From Squalus acanthias (lineage: Eukaryota): a stretch of DNA of 64,000 nucleotides. Shown in pieces: positions 53,705 to 64,000 of the stretch; position 1 is the first letter of the stretch, and each line of letters opens with the position of its first letter. A program made the translations under genes and the position numbers. Below the pieces are notes generated by a model. That model did not search any database, had not been told where the DNA came from, and was given only the letters and a program-made list of their open reading frames with translations. The DNA lies in contig CM059432.1 in assembly GCA_030390025.1 (NCBI GenBank), positions 70,620,001 through 70,684,000 of the forward strand. The letters are read 5' to 3'.

Positions 53705-54412
53705 AGGGACCTCATACAGGAAAGACAGAAAGTTAGCATGCAGGTACAGCAAGCAATTAGGAAGGCAAATGGCATGTTGGCCTTTATTGCAAGGAGATTG
53801 TAGTACAAGAGTAAGGAAGTCTTACTACAATTGTACAGGGCTTTAGTGAGACCACACCTGGAGTACTGCGCACAGTTTTAGTCTCTTTATCTGAGGAAGG
53901 ACATACTTGCCTTAGAGGCAGTGCAACGAAGGTTCACTAGATTGATTCCTGGGACGAGAGGGTTGTCCTAGGAGGAGAGATGGGAGTAGTTTGGGTCTAT
54001 ACTCTCGAGTTTAGAAAATGAGAGGTGATCTCATTGAAACATAAGATTCTAAGGGGGATTGACAGGGCAGATACTGAGAGGTTGTTTCTCCTGGCTGGAG
54101 AGTCTAGAACTAGGGGGAAGAGTCTCAGGTTAAGGGGTTGGCCATTTAAGACTGAGATGAGGTGGAATTTCTTCACTCAAAGGGTTGTGAATCTTTGGAA
54201 TTCTCTACCCCAAAGGGCTGTGGAAGCTGAGTCATTGAATATATTCAAGGCAGAGATAGATAGATTTTTGAACTCATGGGGAATCAAGGGATATGGGGAT
54301 CGGGCAGGAAAGTGGAGTTGAGGTCGAAGATCAGCCATGACCTTATTGAATGGTGGAGCATTCTCGAGGGGGCCATATGGCCTACTCCTGCTCCTAATTC
54401 TTTTGTTCTTAT
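53705..54412 (+). mobile_element. CR1 3' fragment
   Basis: FFTQRVVNLWNSLP peptide and CR1 tail. Confidence 0.85.
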
Positions 54413-54545
54413 ATTTTGCCCTAAAGGGTAGATTAGTCAAATTTGGCCATTAACAACAAAAGATACAACTAGGTTTTGTATAACATTATATATTGCTCTA
54501 CATGGCACAAAAAAGTGTTCCAGATCAAATAAGTGTGCCCCTTAC

Positions 54546-54735
54546 CATTTTCATTTACAACAGCTTCTAGCTGAAGACTCTGCAGCCGAGATTGTGTTTT
54601 TAAAATTTCCTCCTTGAACCATGCCAACTCCTCCAACAGTCCAGTTATAGATTCAGAATTTGAAGCAACAAGAGCAGGTTGACTTTGGTATTTACTCACT
54701 GCAGCCGTCAGCTCCTCCACTTTTGAGTCCCTCAC
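54546..54735 (-). CDS. Internal exon (190 bp, phase 0-1) of minus-strand gene
   Basis: VRDSKVEELTAAVSKY...LQLEAVVNEN, GTAAG donor; phase completes GAG with the next exon. Confidence 0.8.
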
Positions 54736-56703
54736 CTTGGAAAGGGATAAAGTTACAATGCTAATCTTAATATGCTTCTAGTTACAGCAACTATAAACTT
54801 GTGTATGCTAGCATTTTATAGTGGAATAGCAATATATTTCTAAACCTCATTACGTGAAGATTTTATTATACCTCAAATTTGGTATGTGGGGTGCACTTTT
54901 CATTGAAAACTCACCTGTTACACCAGTTGGTGGTGTGGTCATAGGTCTTTTCAATGTTAAAAAGGTGGTATAAAAGCAGCTATTTTGAGAGCGTGCATCA
55001 CCTGCTGATCTGCCACAAATCACTCAAAACTGCTTTCTGAATTTTCCTCAGCCAACCTCTTCCCCACTCTCTCCCTCCCTCCCTCCCCCTTCCAGTTACT
55101 GAAATTTCAAATGTTCAAAATTTAAAAATCAAAACATTACTTCATGTAATTAAATGTGTCTATCTTTTAATGCTTTCATTAAAGTTCTTACTCAAAGACC
55201 TCCACCTCGTCCAAAAGCCTGGGCTTGGACTTAATATTTTTGCTCAAGCTATGACGGAGCTGAATTTATTTTGTAAAGTTTGAGCATGCACAATCCCTCC
55301 AATTTTCCCCGATTGCATTAGTACCAGTCAGCTATACTGATGGGAATATTCTTTAACTTCTAGCACTTTCTACTCAGCAAAGTTTCTTCAAATCATTTTG
55401 AAAAACAAAAGCACAAAGTGTCAAATTTATAGAGTGTTTATCTTAAAAAAAAAGTGCACAAGATTGACAGAGGCAGCTATACAAAAGATCAGAGATAGGT
55501 ATAAAAGTGACGATATTTACCAACTTACTGTGCGCAATGCCACAGGAGATGACTACTTTTATACAACTCTGTGATCGTTTAAATGCCGTTAGAGGTAGAA
55601 TCATTTTTTTTTTTTTAATTTTAAAGTTTGTAGACTACTGGTGGCTGCAGGAGTGACAAGACTGCAAAAACTTGAACATTAGTGAACCAGTTGGGTTTTT
55701 ACGACAATTTGTCAACTTCGTGGTCACTTTACTGATACCAGGCTTATTTCTAGATATTGTAAACTGAATTTAAATCCTCAAACTACCATGGTAGGAACTG
55801 ACTTCATGCTCTTTGGATTATTGCTCCAGACCTCTGGATTACTAGTCTAGTAACAATCACTACACTATCATGCCTCTAAACATTGGCAACTTCTATTAAA
55901 TAAGGACATCTATGAAGATAGTAGAGTGGCAAATCTGCATGAAATTCAAGAATTTTAAAAAAGGTTTAAGAACTGATAAGGGAATAAGCCATACTGGATT
56001 TAGTGATGAGTAACGAACCAGAATTCGTTAACAATCTGACAGTAAGCAAGCATCTTACAAATAGTGACCACAATATGATTGAGTTAGAGATCAAGTTTGA
56101 GTGGGGAAACATAAGTCACAAAGTAAGGAAAACCTTGAAGGGATGAGTAATAAATTGACCACAGTAAACTGGGCTGAACTGTCAATGAGTAAACCTAAAG
56201 ATAAATAATGGGAAGTATTCAAAGTAGTATTTGGTATGATACAAAACCAGTACATACCCCTAAAAGGCAAAGGCTCCACTTCTATAGTTAAGCAACCAGG
56301 GTCAACAAATGAGCTATCAAGCTAAAAGAAAAAACTTTCACAAATGCAAGGAAAAGTAGAAATCCAGCAGATTGGAGAGCTATAAAAAGCAACAAAGGGA
56401 TTCAAAGTAATAAGCGGTGCAAAATGGGAACATGAATAAAAACTTGCAATGGATATCAATGCACAACAGTAAAAGTTTTTATAAATATATTGAGAGAATG
56501 GTAAAGGGGAATGCGGGTCCATTAAAGAGAAGTGCAGGCAAGACTATAACATAATAAGGAAATGGTAGACTTGTTATTGTCAGTGTAGGAAAAGGACAAA
56601 ATACCAGCGATACGAGGGAACGTAAAAATAAGTGAAGGGGAGGAACTTTGGACTTAAGTTTTTTTTTAATAGTACTGTAATAGGGAAAAAAATGGGATTC
56701 AAG

Positions 56704-56805
56704 TAATGTTCCCTCTAATTTTTGGGGGCACGCGGTCCCTTTAACAGGCTGCGTGGCCCCAAAGTTTCTGTATGCGTGAAATTTCACATTTGAAAAGCTG
56801 TGCTC
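56704..56805. mobile_element. Truncated hAT-type MITE end
   Basis: TAATGTTCCCTCTAATTTT matches the TIR family at 58475-58640 and 58695-61969. Confidence 0.55.
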
Positions 56806-58360
56806 GAGAAACTAATGGGACTAAAACCCGACAAATCCCCTGGACCTGATGGCCTACATTCTAGGGTTCTAAAAAAAGGTAGTGGATGCATTGGTTGCGA
56901 TCTTCCAAAATTCCCTAGATTCTAGAACGCTCCCAGCGGATTGGAAGGTAGCAAATATAACCCCGCTATTTAAGAAAGGAGGGAGAGAGAAAACAGGGAA
57001 CTACAGGCCAGTTAGCCTAACATCAGTCATCGGGAAACTGCTGGAATCCATTATTAAGGAAGTGGTATAGGGGCTCTTAGAAAATCATATATGATTAGGC
57101 AGAGTCAACATGGATTTATGAAAGGGAAATAGTGTTTAACAAATTTATTAGTCTTTTGAGAATGTAACTAGCAGAGTAAATAAAGGGAAACCAGTGGATG
57201 TAGTATATTTGGATTTCCAAAAGGCATTCAATAAGGTGCCACATAAAAGGTTGCTACGCAAGATAAGGGATCATGAGGTTGGGGTAATATATTAGCATGG
57301 ATACAGGATTGGTTAACGGACAGAAAACAGAGTAGGGACAAACGGGTCATTTTCAGGTTGGCAGGATGTAACTAGTGGGGTGCCGCAAAGATCAGTGATG
57401 GGACCTCAGCTATTTACAATCTATATTAATGACTTAGATGATGGGACTGAGTGCAATGTATCCAAGTTTGCTGATGATACAAAACTAGGTGGGAAAGTAC
57501 ACTGTGACGAGGACACAGAGCCTGCAAAGGATAAGTGAGTGGGCAATAAGGTGGAGCATAATGTGGGGAAATGTGAGGTTATTCACTTTGGTAGGAAGAA
57601 TAGAAAAACAGAATTTTTTTAAAATGGTGAGAAACTATTAAATGCTGGTGTTCAGAGAAATTTAGGGGTCATCGTACAGGAAACACAGAAAGTTAGCATG
57701 TAGGTACAGCAAGCAATTAGGAAGGCAAATGGTATGTTGGCCTTTATTGCAAGGGTGTTGGAATACAAGAGTAAGGAAGTCTTACTACAATTGCACAGGG
57801 CTTTGGTGAGACCACACCTGGAGTACTGTGCACAGTTTTGGTCTCCTTACCTGAGAAAGGACATACATTCCTTAGAGGCAGTGTAACAAAGGTTCACTAG
57901 ATTGATCCCTGGGATGAGAGGGTTGTGCTTTGAGTAGATTGGGCCTATACTCTCTGGAGTTTAGAAGATTGAGAGGTGATCTCATTGAAACATAAGATTC
58001 TGAAGGGGATTGATAGGGTAGATGCTGAGAGGTTGTTTCCCCTGGCTGGAGAGTCTAGAACTAGGGAGCATAGTCTCAGGATAAGGTGTCGGCCATTTAA
58101 GACTGAGATGAGGAGGAATTTCTTCACTCAGAGGATTGTGAATCTTTGGAATTCACTTCCACAAAGGGCTGTGGAAACTGAGTCACTGAGTATATTCAAG
58201 GCTGAGATAGATAGATTTTTGGACTCTAGGGGAATCAAGGGATATGGGGATCAGGCGGGAAAGTGGAGTTAAGGTCGAAGATCAGCCATGATCTTATTGA
58301 ATGGCGAAGCAGGCTCGAAGGGCCGTACGGCCTACTTATGCTCCTAATTCTTATGCTCTT
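56806..58360 (+). mobile_element. CR1 LINE, 5'-truncated
   Basis: DWKVANITPLFKKGGREKTGNYRPVSLTS through to the 3' tail. Confidence 0.9.
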
Positions 58361-58474
58361 GTATGTCACTGCATTATTTAAGAAGTGGTGGGGGGGGGGG
58401 GGGACACATCAATCCTGTTTTCCCTAAAATCCACATGGACCTTTCATCAGGGATCATCAGGCAGGAGTAAGAAC

Positions 58475-58640
58475 CAATGTTCCAGTTAAGCTGCACGGCC
58501 GCACAGCACTCTGGAGGTCCCATGCAGGCCGAGCACCGGCTTTTATAAGAAAAACCCGCACATGCTCGAACATTTGATTAGGCCGCACAGCCCATTAAAG
58601 GGCCTGCGCACCGGGAAAAAAAAAAAATCAGGGAACATTG
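58475..58640. mobile_element. hAT-type MITE (166 bp)
   Basis: TIR CAATGTTCC / GGAACATTG; 8-bp flanks GTAAGAAC / GCGAGAAC differ only at a CpG. Confidence 0.75.
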
Positions 58641-59547
58641 GCGAGAACCCTCGCTAGCCTGGAGCTACTGAGGCCAATTGTAGATACTGATGTCCAATGT
58701 TCCCTCCAAGCTCCCGTGCACCGAAATAAACAAGTTGCGCACAAGAGTGAGCTGGAGCGGAGGAGGGGCCCAATACCCAATGGCCAAAGCGTGATCGGCT
58801 GAGAGAGCGCGAGTGGAAAAAGTACGGCTGAGCCAGTGAATGGAGGAGCAGTGAGCTCAGGGAAAATTTCGTTTGATTGCCTTTCAGCTCTTGCATAGCG
58901 CAGTCAGTATGTCTGGATTGGAGGTGATGAACACGCTCTTGGTCATGGCTAGGTAGGAGCGTTGTGCTGTATAAGCACGGGTCCTGGGGTAATAGTGCGA
59001 GTGCAGTTAGCAACAGCATGGGATTTGACGGGGAGTCTGATCTTCTGTAATCTTTGGTGCTTCGTGGATTTCTGTAGCAATTTGTCACTTTAAATGCAAG
59101 TGTAACACGGCAATCACTGTACAAAGAGGCAGCACCAGGGAACCAAAAAATATCTGCAAACTGTCAAACAAGCAGAAATTACATTGGAGGGTGCAAGGTT
59201 GTCTTGAATAAAGTTTATGATGTTTTTAATGGGTGGAAGAAAAAAGGGGGGGGGGGAAAAAGAGAAGTGTTTCATCTAAAAGCTTAACATAGAAGCTAAT
59301 GAGAGCTGGTGTTGCAAATGTTCGTCATTTTCTTCATTACGTCTGTGCGATCAGAAGAAATGCCGCCCGTTGGCTATGAGGCCGATGTGATTTTGTGCAG
59401 ATAAGTGAAGGGGCTTTTCTGTGAGCTTGGGACAATTGCATTGAGTTTAAAGGCCGCTGAAGAAGCGAGTTGTTGTTTGCTGTGTGGGAGGCGCTGGGTG
59501 GCGGGGCTCGGCTCAGCTGTGAAAAAATAAATGTAACTTTGAGATGC

Positions 59548-60700
59548 TTCTTCTTAGGCAGTCCCTCGGAACAGAGGATGACTTGCTTCCACATTAAAAA
59601 CGAGTTCTCAGGTGACTGATGAGTCCAATGCGGGACCTACAGTCTCTGTCACAGGTGGGGCAGACGGTGGTTGAAGGGGCGGGTGGGTGGGGTGCTTGGG
59701 TTGACGTGCACTCCTTGCGCTTGGCTTCCGCTTGCTCCCAGCGAAGAGACTCAAGATACTCGGCACCTTCCCGGATGCTTCTCCTCCACTTTGTGCGGTC
59801 TTGGGCCAGGGATTCCCAGGTGTCGGTGGGGATGTAGCACTTTTTCCAAGGAGGCTTTGAGGGTGTCCTTGAAGCGTTTCCTCTGCCCACCTGGGGCTCT
59901 CTTGCCATGTCGGAGCTCCGAGTAGAGCTCTTGCTTTGGGAGTCTCGTATCGGGCATGCGGACGATGTGACCCGTCCATCGGAGCTGATCGAGCGTGGTC
60001 AAAGCTTCGATGCTGGGGATGTTGACCTGAGCGAGAACACGGACGTTGGTGCGCCTATCCTGCCAATGGATTTGCAGGATCTTGCGGAGGCAGCATTGGT
60101 GGTACCTCTCCAGTGCTTTGAGGTGCCTGCTGTACATGGTCCATGTCTGAAGCATACAGGAGGGCGGGTATCGCTACTGCTCTGTAGACCATGAGCTTGG
60201 TGCCGGTTTGAGGTCCTGGTCTTCAAACATTCTCTTCCTCAGGCGACCGAAGGCTACACTGGCACACTGAAGGCGGTGTTGGACTTCGTCATCGACGTCT
60301 ACCCTTGTTGACAGTAGGCTCCCGAGGTATGGAATGTGGTCCACGTTGTCCAAGGCCTTGTCGTGGATTTTGATAATCGGGGGGGGGGGGCAGGTTGGTA
60401 GAGGACCTTTGTCTTATGGATGTTTAGTGTAAGGCCCATGCTCTCGTACGCTTCGGTGAAGGTATTAATGATGGTTTGGAGTTCGACCTCCAAGTGAGCG
60501 CAGACGCAAGCGTCGTCTGCATACTGTAATTCGACGACAGAGGATGGGACGACCTTGGATCTGGACTGGAGGAGACAGAGGTTGAACAGTTTCCCTTTTG
60601 TTCTGTAAATTAGCTCCACTCCAGCGGGGAGCTTACGGAGGGCGAGATGGAGCATTGCAGCAAGGAAGATCGAGAAGAGCGTTGGTGCGATGACACAGAT
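59548..60700 (-). mobile_element. RTE-clade LINE, 5'-truncated, nested in hAT element
   Basis: ELQYADDA RT motif, QLRWTGHIVRMPDTRLPK; (GAA)n tail; candidate TSD TGAGATGC (59540-59547, 60704-60711). Confidence 0.9.
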
Positions 60701-61158
60701 GACTGAGATGCAGTCAAAACAACAGTAACAATCTATTTTAAAAAACAGTAGTAAGCAGACACACCTGCCCGACGCGGATTCCCCCAGTTTATGGAATGAG
60801 GCTAATACTATGAATGATAATACTTGTCCAAACTCATGAAATTCAGCAAGGGATCTGTTTTAGATATTAGCCAGACATTCATACAATGCCCTCACGTCAG
60901 CAATGCACCCGGCCTTCTCCTTCATCACCACCCCGACCAAAAATTGGCTGTTAGAAATCCTGAGGCTTGAAACATCAGGACTTAACAGAATAGTAGTGTA
61001 TTTTTTGACCTTCAGGGCTGGCCAGCTGGACTGAAAGGGTGTTTTCTACTCAACAAAACTAGAGTGATTGAACATTACGTATTAAAAGGAGAAAAATTAA
61101 CAGGGCATTGACAGGTCTAATCACAAATATTATATTTAAGTTGCATGCAGAATAAAAA

Positions 61159-61400
61159 GTGGATAGACTAGAGAAGCTGGAGTTGTTCTCCTTGGAGCGG
61201 AGAAGGCCAAGAGGAGATTTGATAAAGGTGTTTAAAATCATGAAGGATTTAGACAGAGTAAATAAAGAGAAACTGTTTCCAATGGCTGAAGGGTCGATAA
61301 CGAGAGGGCACAGATTTAAGGTGATTGGCAAAAGAACCAGAGGCGACTGAGGAAAAACTTTTTATGCAACAAGTGGCTACGATTTGGAATGCACTGCTTG
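61159..61400 (+). mobile_element. CR1 internal fragment inside hAT element
   Basis: DRLEKLELFSLERRRPRGDLIKVFKIM; lacks the CR1 3' tail. Confidence 0.8.
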
Positions 61401-62394
61401 AGCCACATATACCACCTGGAAACCACAGGTTAATTGAAGCTGTCTACGTTAATGAATAATGGATGAGAGACCAGATTATGTGAGTTTCATTTCACTGTTT
61501 GGCGAGATGAATGGATTTTTAAAGTTGTTTATGATCTAAGCCCAGACTTTTAAGGTGTGTGTATCCTCCCCGCTCCTTTTACATTTTATCTACTCTCCTG
61601 AAAGTGCGAGCTCGTGTCGGAAAAGGAGAGTTAACATTCCAGGTGTGGGATGTGTGAGGATGGCGAGAATGGGACCAGTGAGGAGGGAGGTAGATTGGAC
61701 ATGCGAAAGTAGAAGTATAATGTGACCTGTTAGAGAGGTGGATTGTCAACCTTGGCAGAATTTTCCATCACTGGAAAATAGAGAAAGACAGATGGGAGAA
61801 ATTTCCAGCATGATGTAACCAAGTCATGTTGAGTAAATGTCAACCTTATTTACTTGCATTGTTGTATATATGCTTGGTTTTGTTGTTGTAAAATTTGCCC
61901 ATGGGCAAAAAAGCTGCGCTCAGGAGTTTGTGGCCCACTCAGTACAAATAAAAATTAGAGGGAATATTGCTGATGTCCCTAGTTGAAATCAGCCTACTCA
62001 GCACTGACCAAGATGAACCCTAGAACTTCCTTGCACTATGCCTCAGTATTACATCAAGCTGTGCATTACCAATAACCCATTTGTACTAAATTGCATGGTA
62101 TCAAAACCATTTAGATGGCTACATCCTTGGACATGTGTTTAAGTGACCATGTGCTACAGAAACTAAACAGAATAGGTTATGTAGATCACAGGAATGAGAA
62201 AAGATTAACATTAATGGTCAAGTTTAACTGTCCCCTTCCTCCCCACCCAAAACTGACTATACTTTGAGAGAACAAGTCACTTGGCACTGTGACTGCACCT
62301 GTGAACAAATAGATTACAAATAATCAACTATTCTCCACCTTTTCATTTTACTTCCGATATCAAAAGGCAGCAACATAATAGTCTTAAATATTAC

Positions 62395-62560
62395 CTTCAC
62401 TTTGTGTTGCTCAGCAGTGAACTCTTCTTTTGAAACATATTTATATTGAACCTCTTCCAAAGCACATTTATATGCATGTCGTCTGATTGATTCCTTGTAC
62501 ATGTGGAGTTTGCTGTCTAATTGTTCTTCATAGATCTCCTTTAGTTCTTCAAAACGCTCA
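62395..62560 (-). CDS. Internal exon (166 bp, phase 2-0) of minus-strand gene, KIF20-like stalk
   Basis: CTACAG acceptor, GTAA donor; ERFEELKEIYEEQLDSKLHMYKESIRRHAY... resembles the post-motor stalk of kinesin-6 (KIF20A) from memory; motor exons would lie beyond the window. Confidence 0.75.
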
Positions 62561-62624
62561 CTGTAGTGGGTGAACAAAACATCAACATGTACAATTTTAT
62601 CTAAAAAAAATTGACAAAACACTG

Positions 62625-63455
62625 AACATGGCAGATGCTCTCAATGCAGAAAAGTGTGAGGCGATACATTTTGGTAGGAAGAATGAGGAGAGAAACTACA
62701 AGCTAAATGGTACAAATTTAAAGGGGGGGGGGGGGGGCGCAAAGAGGGAGAGACCAGAGTGTGTGTCTGCACAAACCTTTGAAGGTAGCAGGACAGGTTA
62801 ATAATGCAGTTAATAAAGCATATGGGATCCTGGGCTTTATAAATAGAGGCAGAGAGTACAAAAGCCAGGAAGTTATGCTAAACCTATATAAAATGCTAGT
62901 TCAGCCTGAGCTGGAGTATTGTGTCCAATTCTGGGCGACACACTTTAGGAAGAATGTGAAAGCTTTGGTGAGGTTACGGAAGAGATTTACTAGAATGGTT
63001 CCAGTTATGAGGGATTACAGTTATGTGGATAGACTGGAGAAACTGGGAAGGAGAAGAGGAGATTTGATAGAGGTGTTTAAAATCATGAAGGGTTTAGATA
63101 TAGTAAATAAAGAGAAACAGTTTCCAATGGCTGAAAGGTCAATAACCAGAAGACATAGATTGAAGGGGATCAGCAAAAGAACCAGAAGAGACATGAGGAA
63201 AAACTGTCTCTCCCCACCCCCCACCCTACGAGTGGTTAGGATTTGGAATGCACTGCCCGATAGGGTGGTGGAAACCAATTCAATAGCAGCCTTCAAAAAG
63301 GGAATTTGATAAATACTTGAAGGAGAAAAAAATTGCAGGGATATGGGGGCGGAGGGGGAAGAAAGAAAGAGTGGGACTAACTGAATTGCTCTTCAAAAGA
63401 GCTGGTGCCAACTAAAATGGCCTTCTTCTGTGCTGTACTATTCTATGATTCAATG
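62625..63455 (+). mobile_element. CR1 3' fragment
   Basis: AYGILGFINRGREYKS..LEYCVQFW; tail TTCTATGATTC. Confidence 0.88.
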
Positions 63456-64000
63456 ATTTGCATGCAGAACTTAAATACATCTTCCACTAGATTGAACCAA
63501 TGGCTGTAGAGACTTTGCTTTCCTTACAGGGGGGGAAAATAGAAACTACAGTTGTACCACTCAGTATTTGCAATTACCAAGTCTCTACTGAATTCAAGCA
63601 CCATATTACCAAAGCGTTTCATTAGCCTAGTACCCTTAAAAAAAGAGAAAAATGCAGAAATAGAAGGACCATAATAGGTGATTTTAAGCATCCAAAGATA
63701 GATTGCTACTTACATTTATTTTTACCCCAAAGAATGAGGATTTTTTTAAAATTAAATAAATGTGTCCAAGATTGTTTTTTGGTTCAGCAGGTTGAGTGCT
63801 GGCTCTAGTTCTAGGAAATGAAATGGGGCATAAGGGAACATCTAAGAAACAGCAGCCATAACATAATTAGGTTCAATATAAATAGACTGTTCACTATCTC
63901 TTCAAAAAGATAAAAAGGTACTTATTGGAGAGGGAAGAAAACTGCAACAAGATGAATAAAAAGGAACCAGACAAAATAAAATGGAAACAAAAACTGTCAG

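Larger units (their letters stand above)
58695..61969. mobile_element. Non-autonomous hAT-type element (3275 bp including nested RTE and CR1)
   Basis: TIR CAATGTTCCCTC / GAGGGAATATTG; perfect 8-bp TSD CTGATGTC (58687-58694, 61970-61977). Confidence 0.85.

Overview
Repeat-rich vertebrate DNA, most likely from a cartilaginous fish (shark-type DeuSINE/HE1-like SINEs; CR1, L2, RTE and Penelope retroelements; Harbinger transposons). Two host genes converge tail-to-tail. On the + strand are the last three coding exons of a Src-family kinase, best matching LYN (19700-19853, 21563-21694, 32001-32203). On the - strand are the last five exons of a coiled-coil protein, probably a KIF20A-like kinesin-6 tail (62560 down to 48481). 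The rest is intron or intergenic sequence full of nested mobile DNA. There are three decayed two-gene Harbinger elements, two with intact TIRs and TSDs, plus related MITEs. A young Penelope-like element (412-aa RT + GIY-YIG ORF, 13-bp TSD) has ~557-bp inverted arms carrying hammerhead-ribozyme motifs and a 21-bp micro-inversion between the arms. There is also a second hammerhead-bearing Penelope fragment, a 3.3-kb hAT-type element with unexplained internal sequence, RTE insertions (one with a 31-bp TSD) and many CR1/L2 fragments. The least familiar signal is a conserved, apparently co-varying array of hairpins at both ends of one Harbinger family. Family names come from motif recognition only; no searches were run. 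Fragment boundaries without a TSD are approximate.
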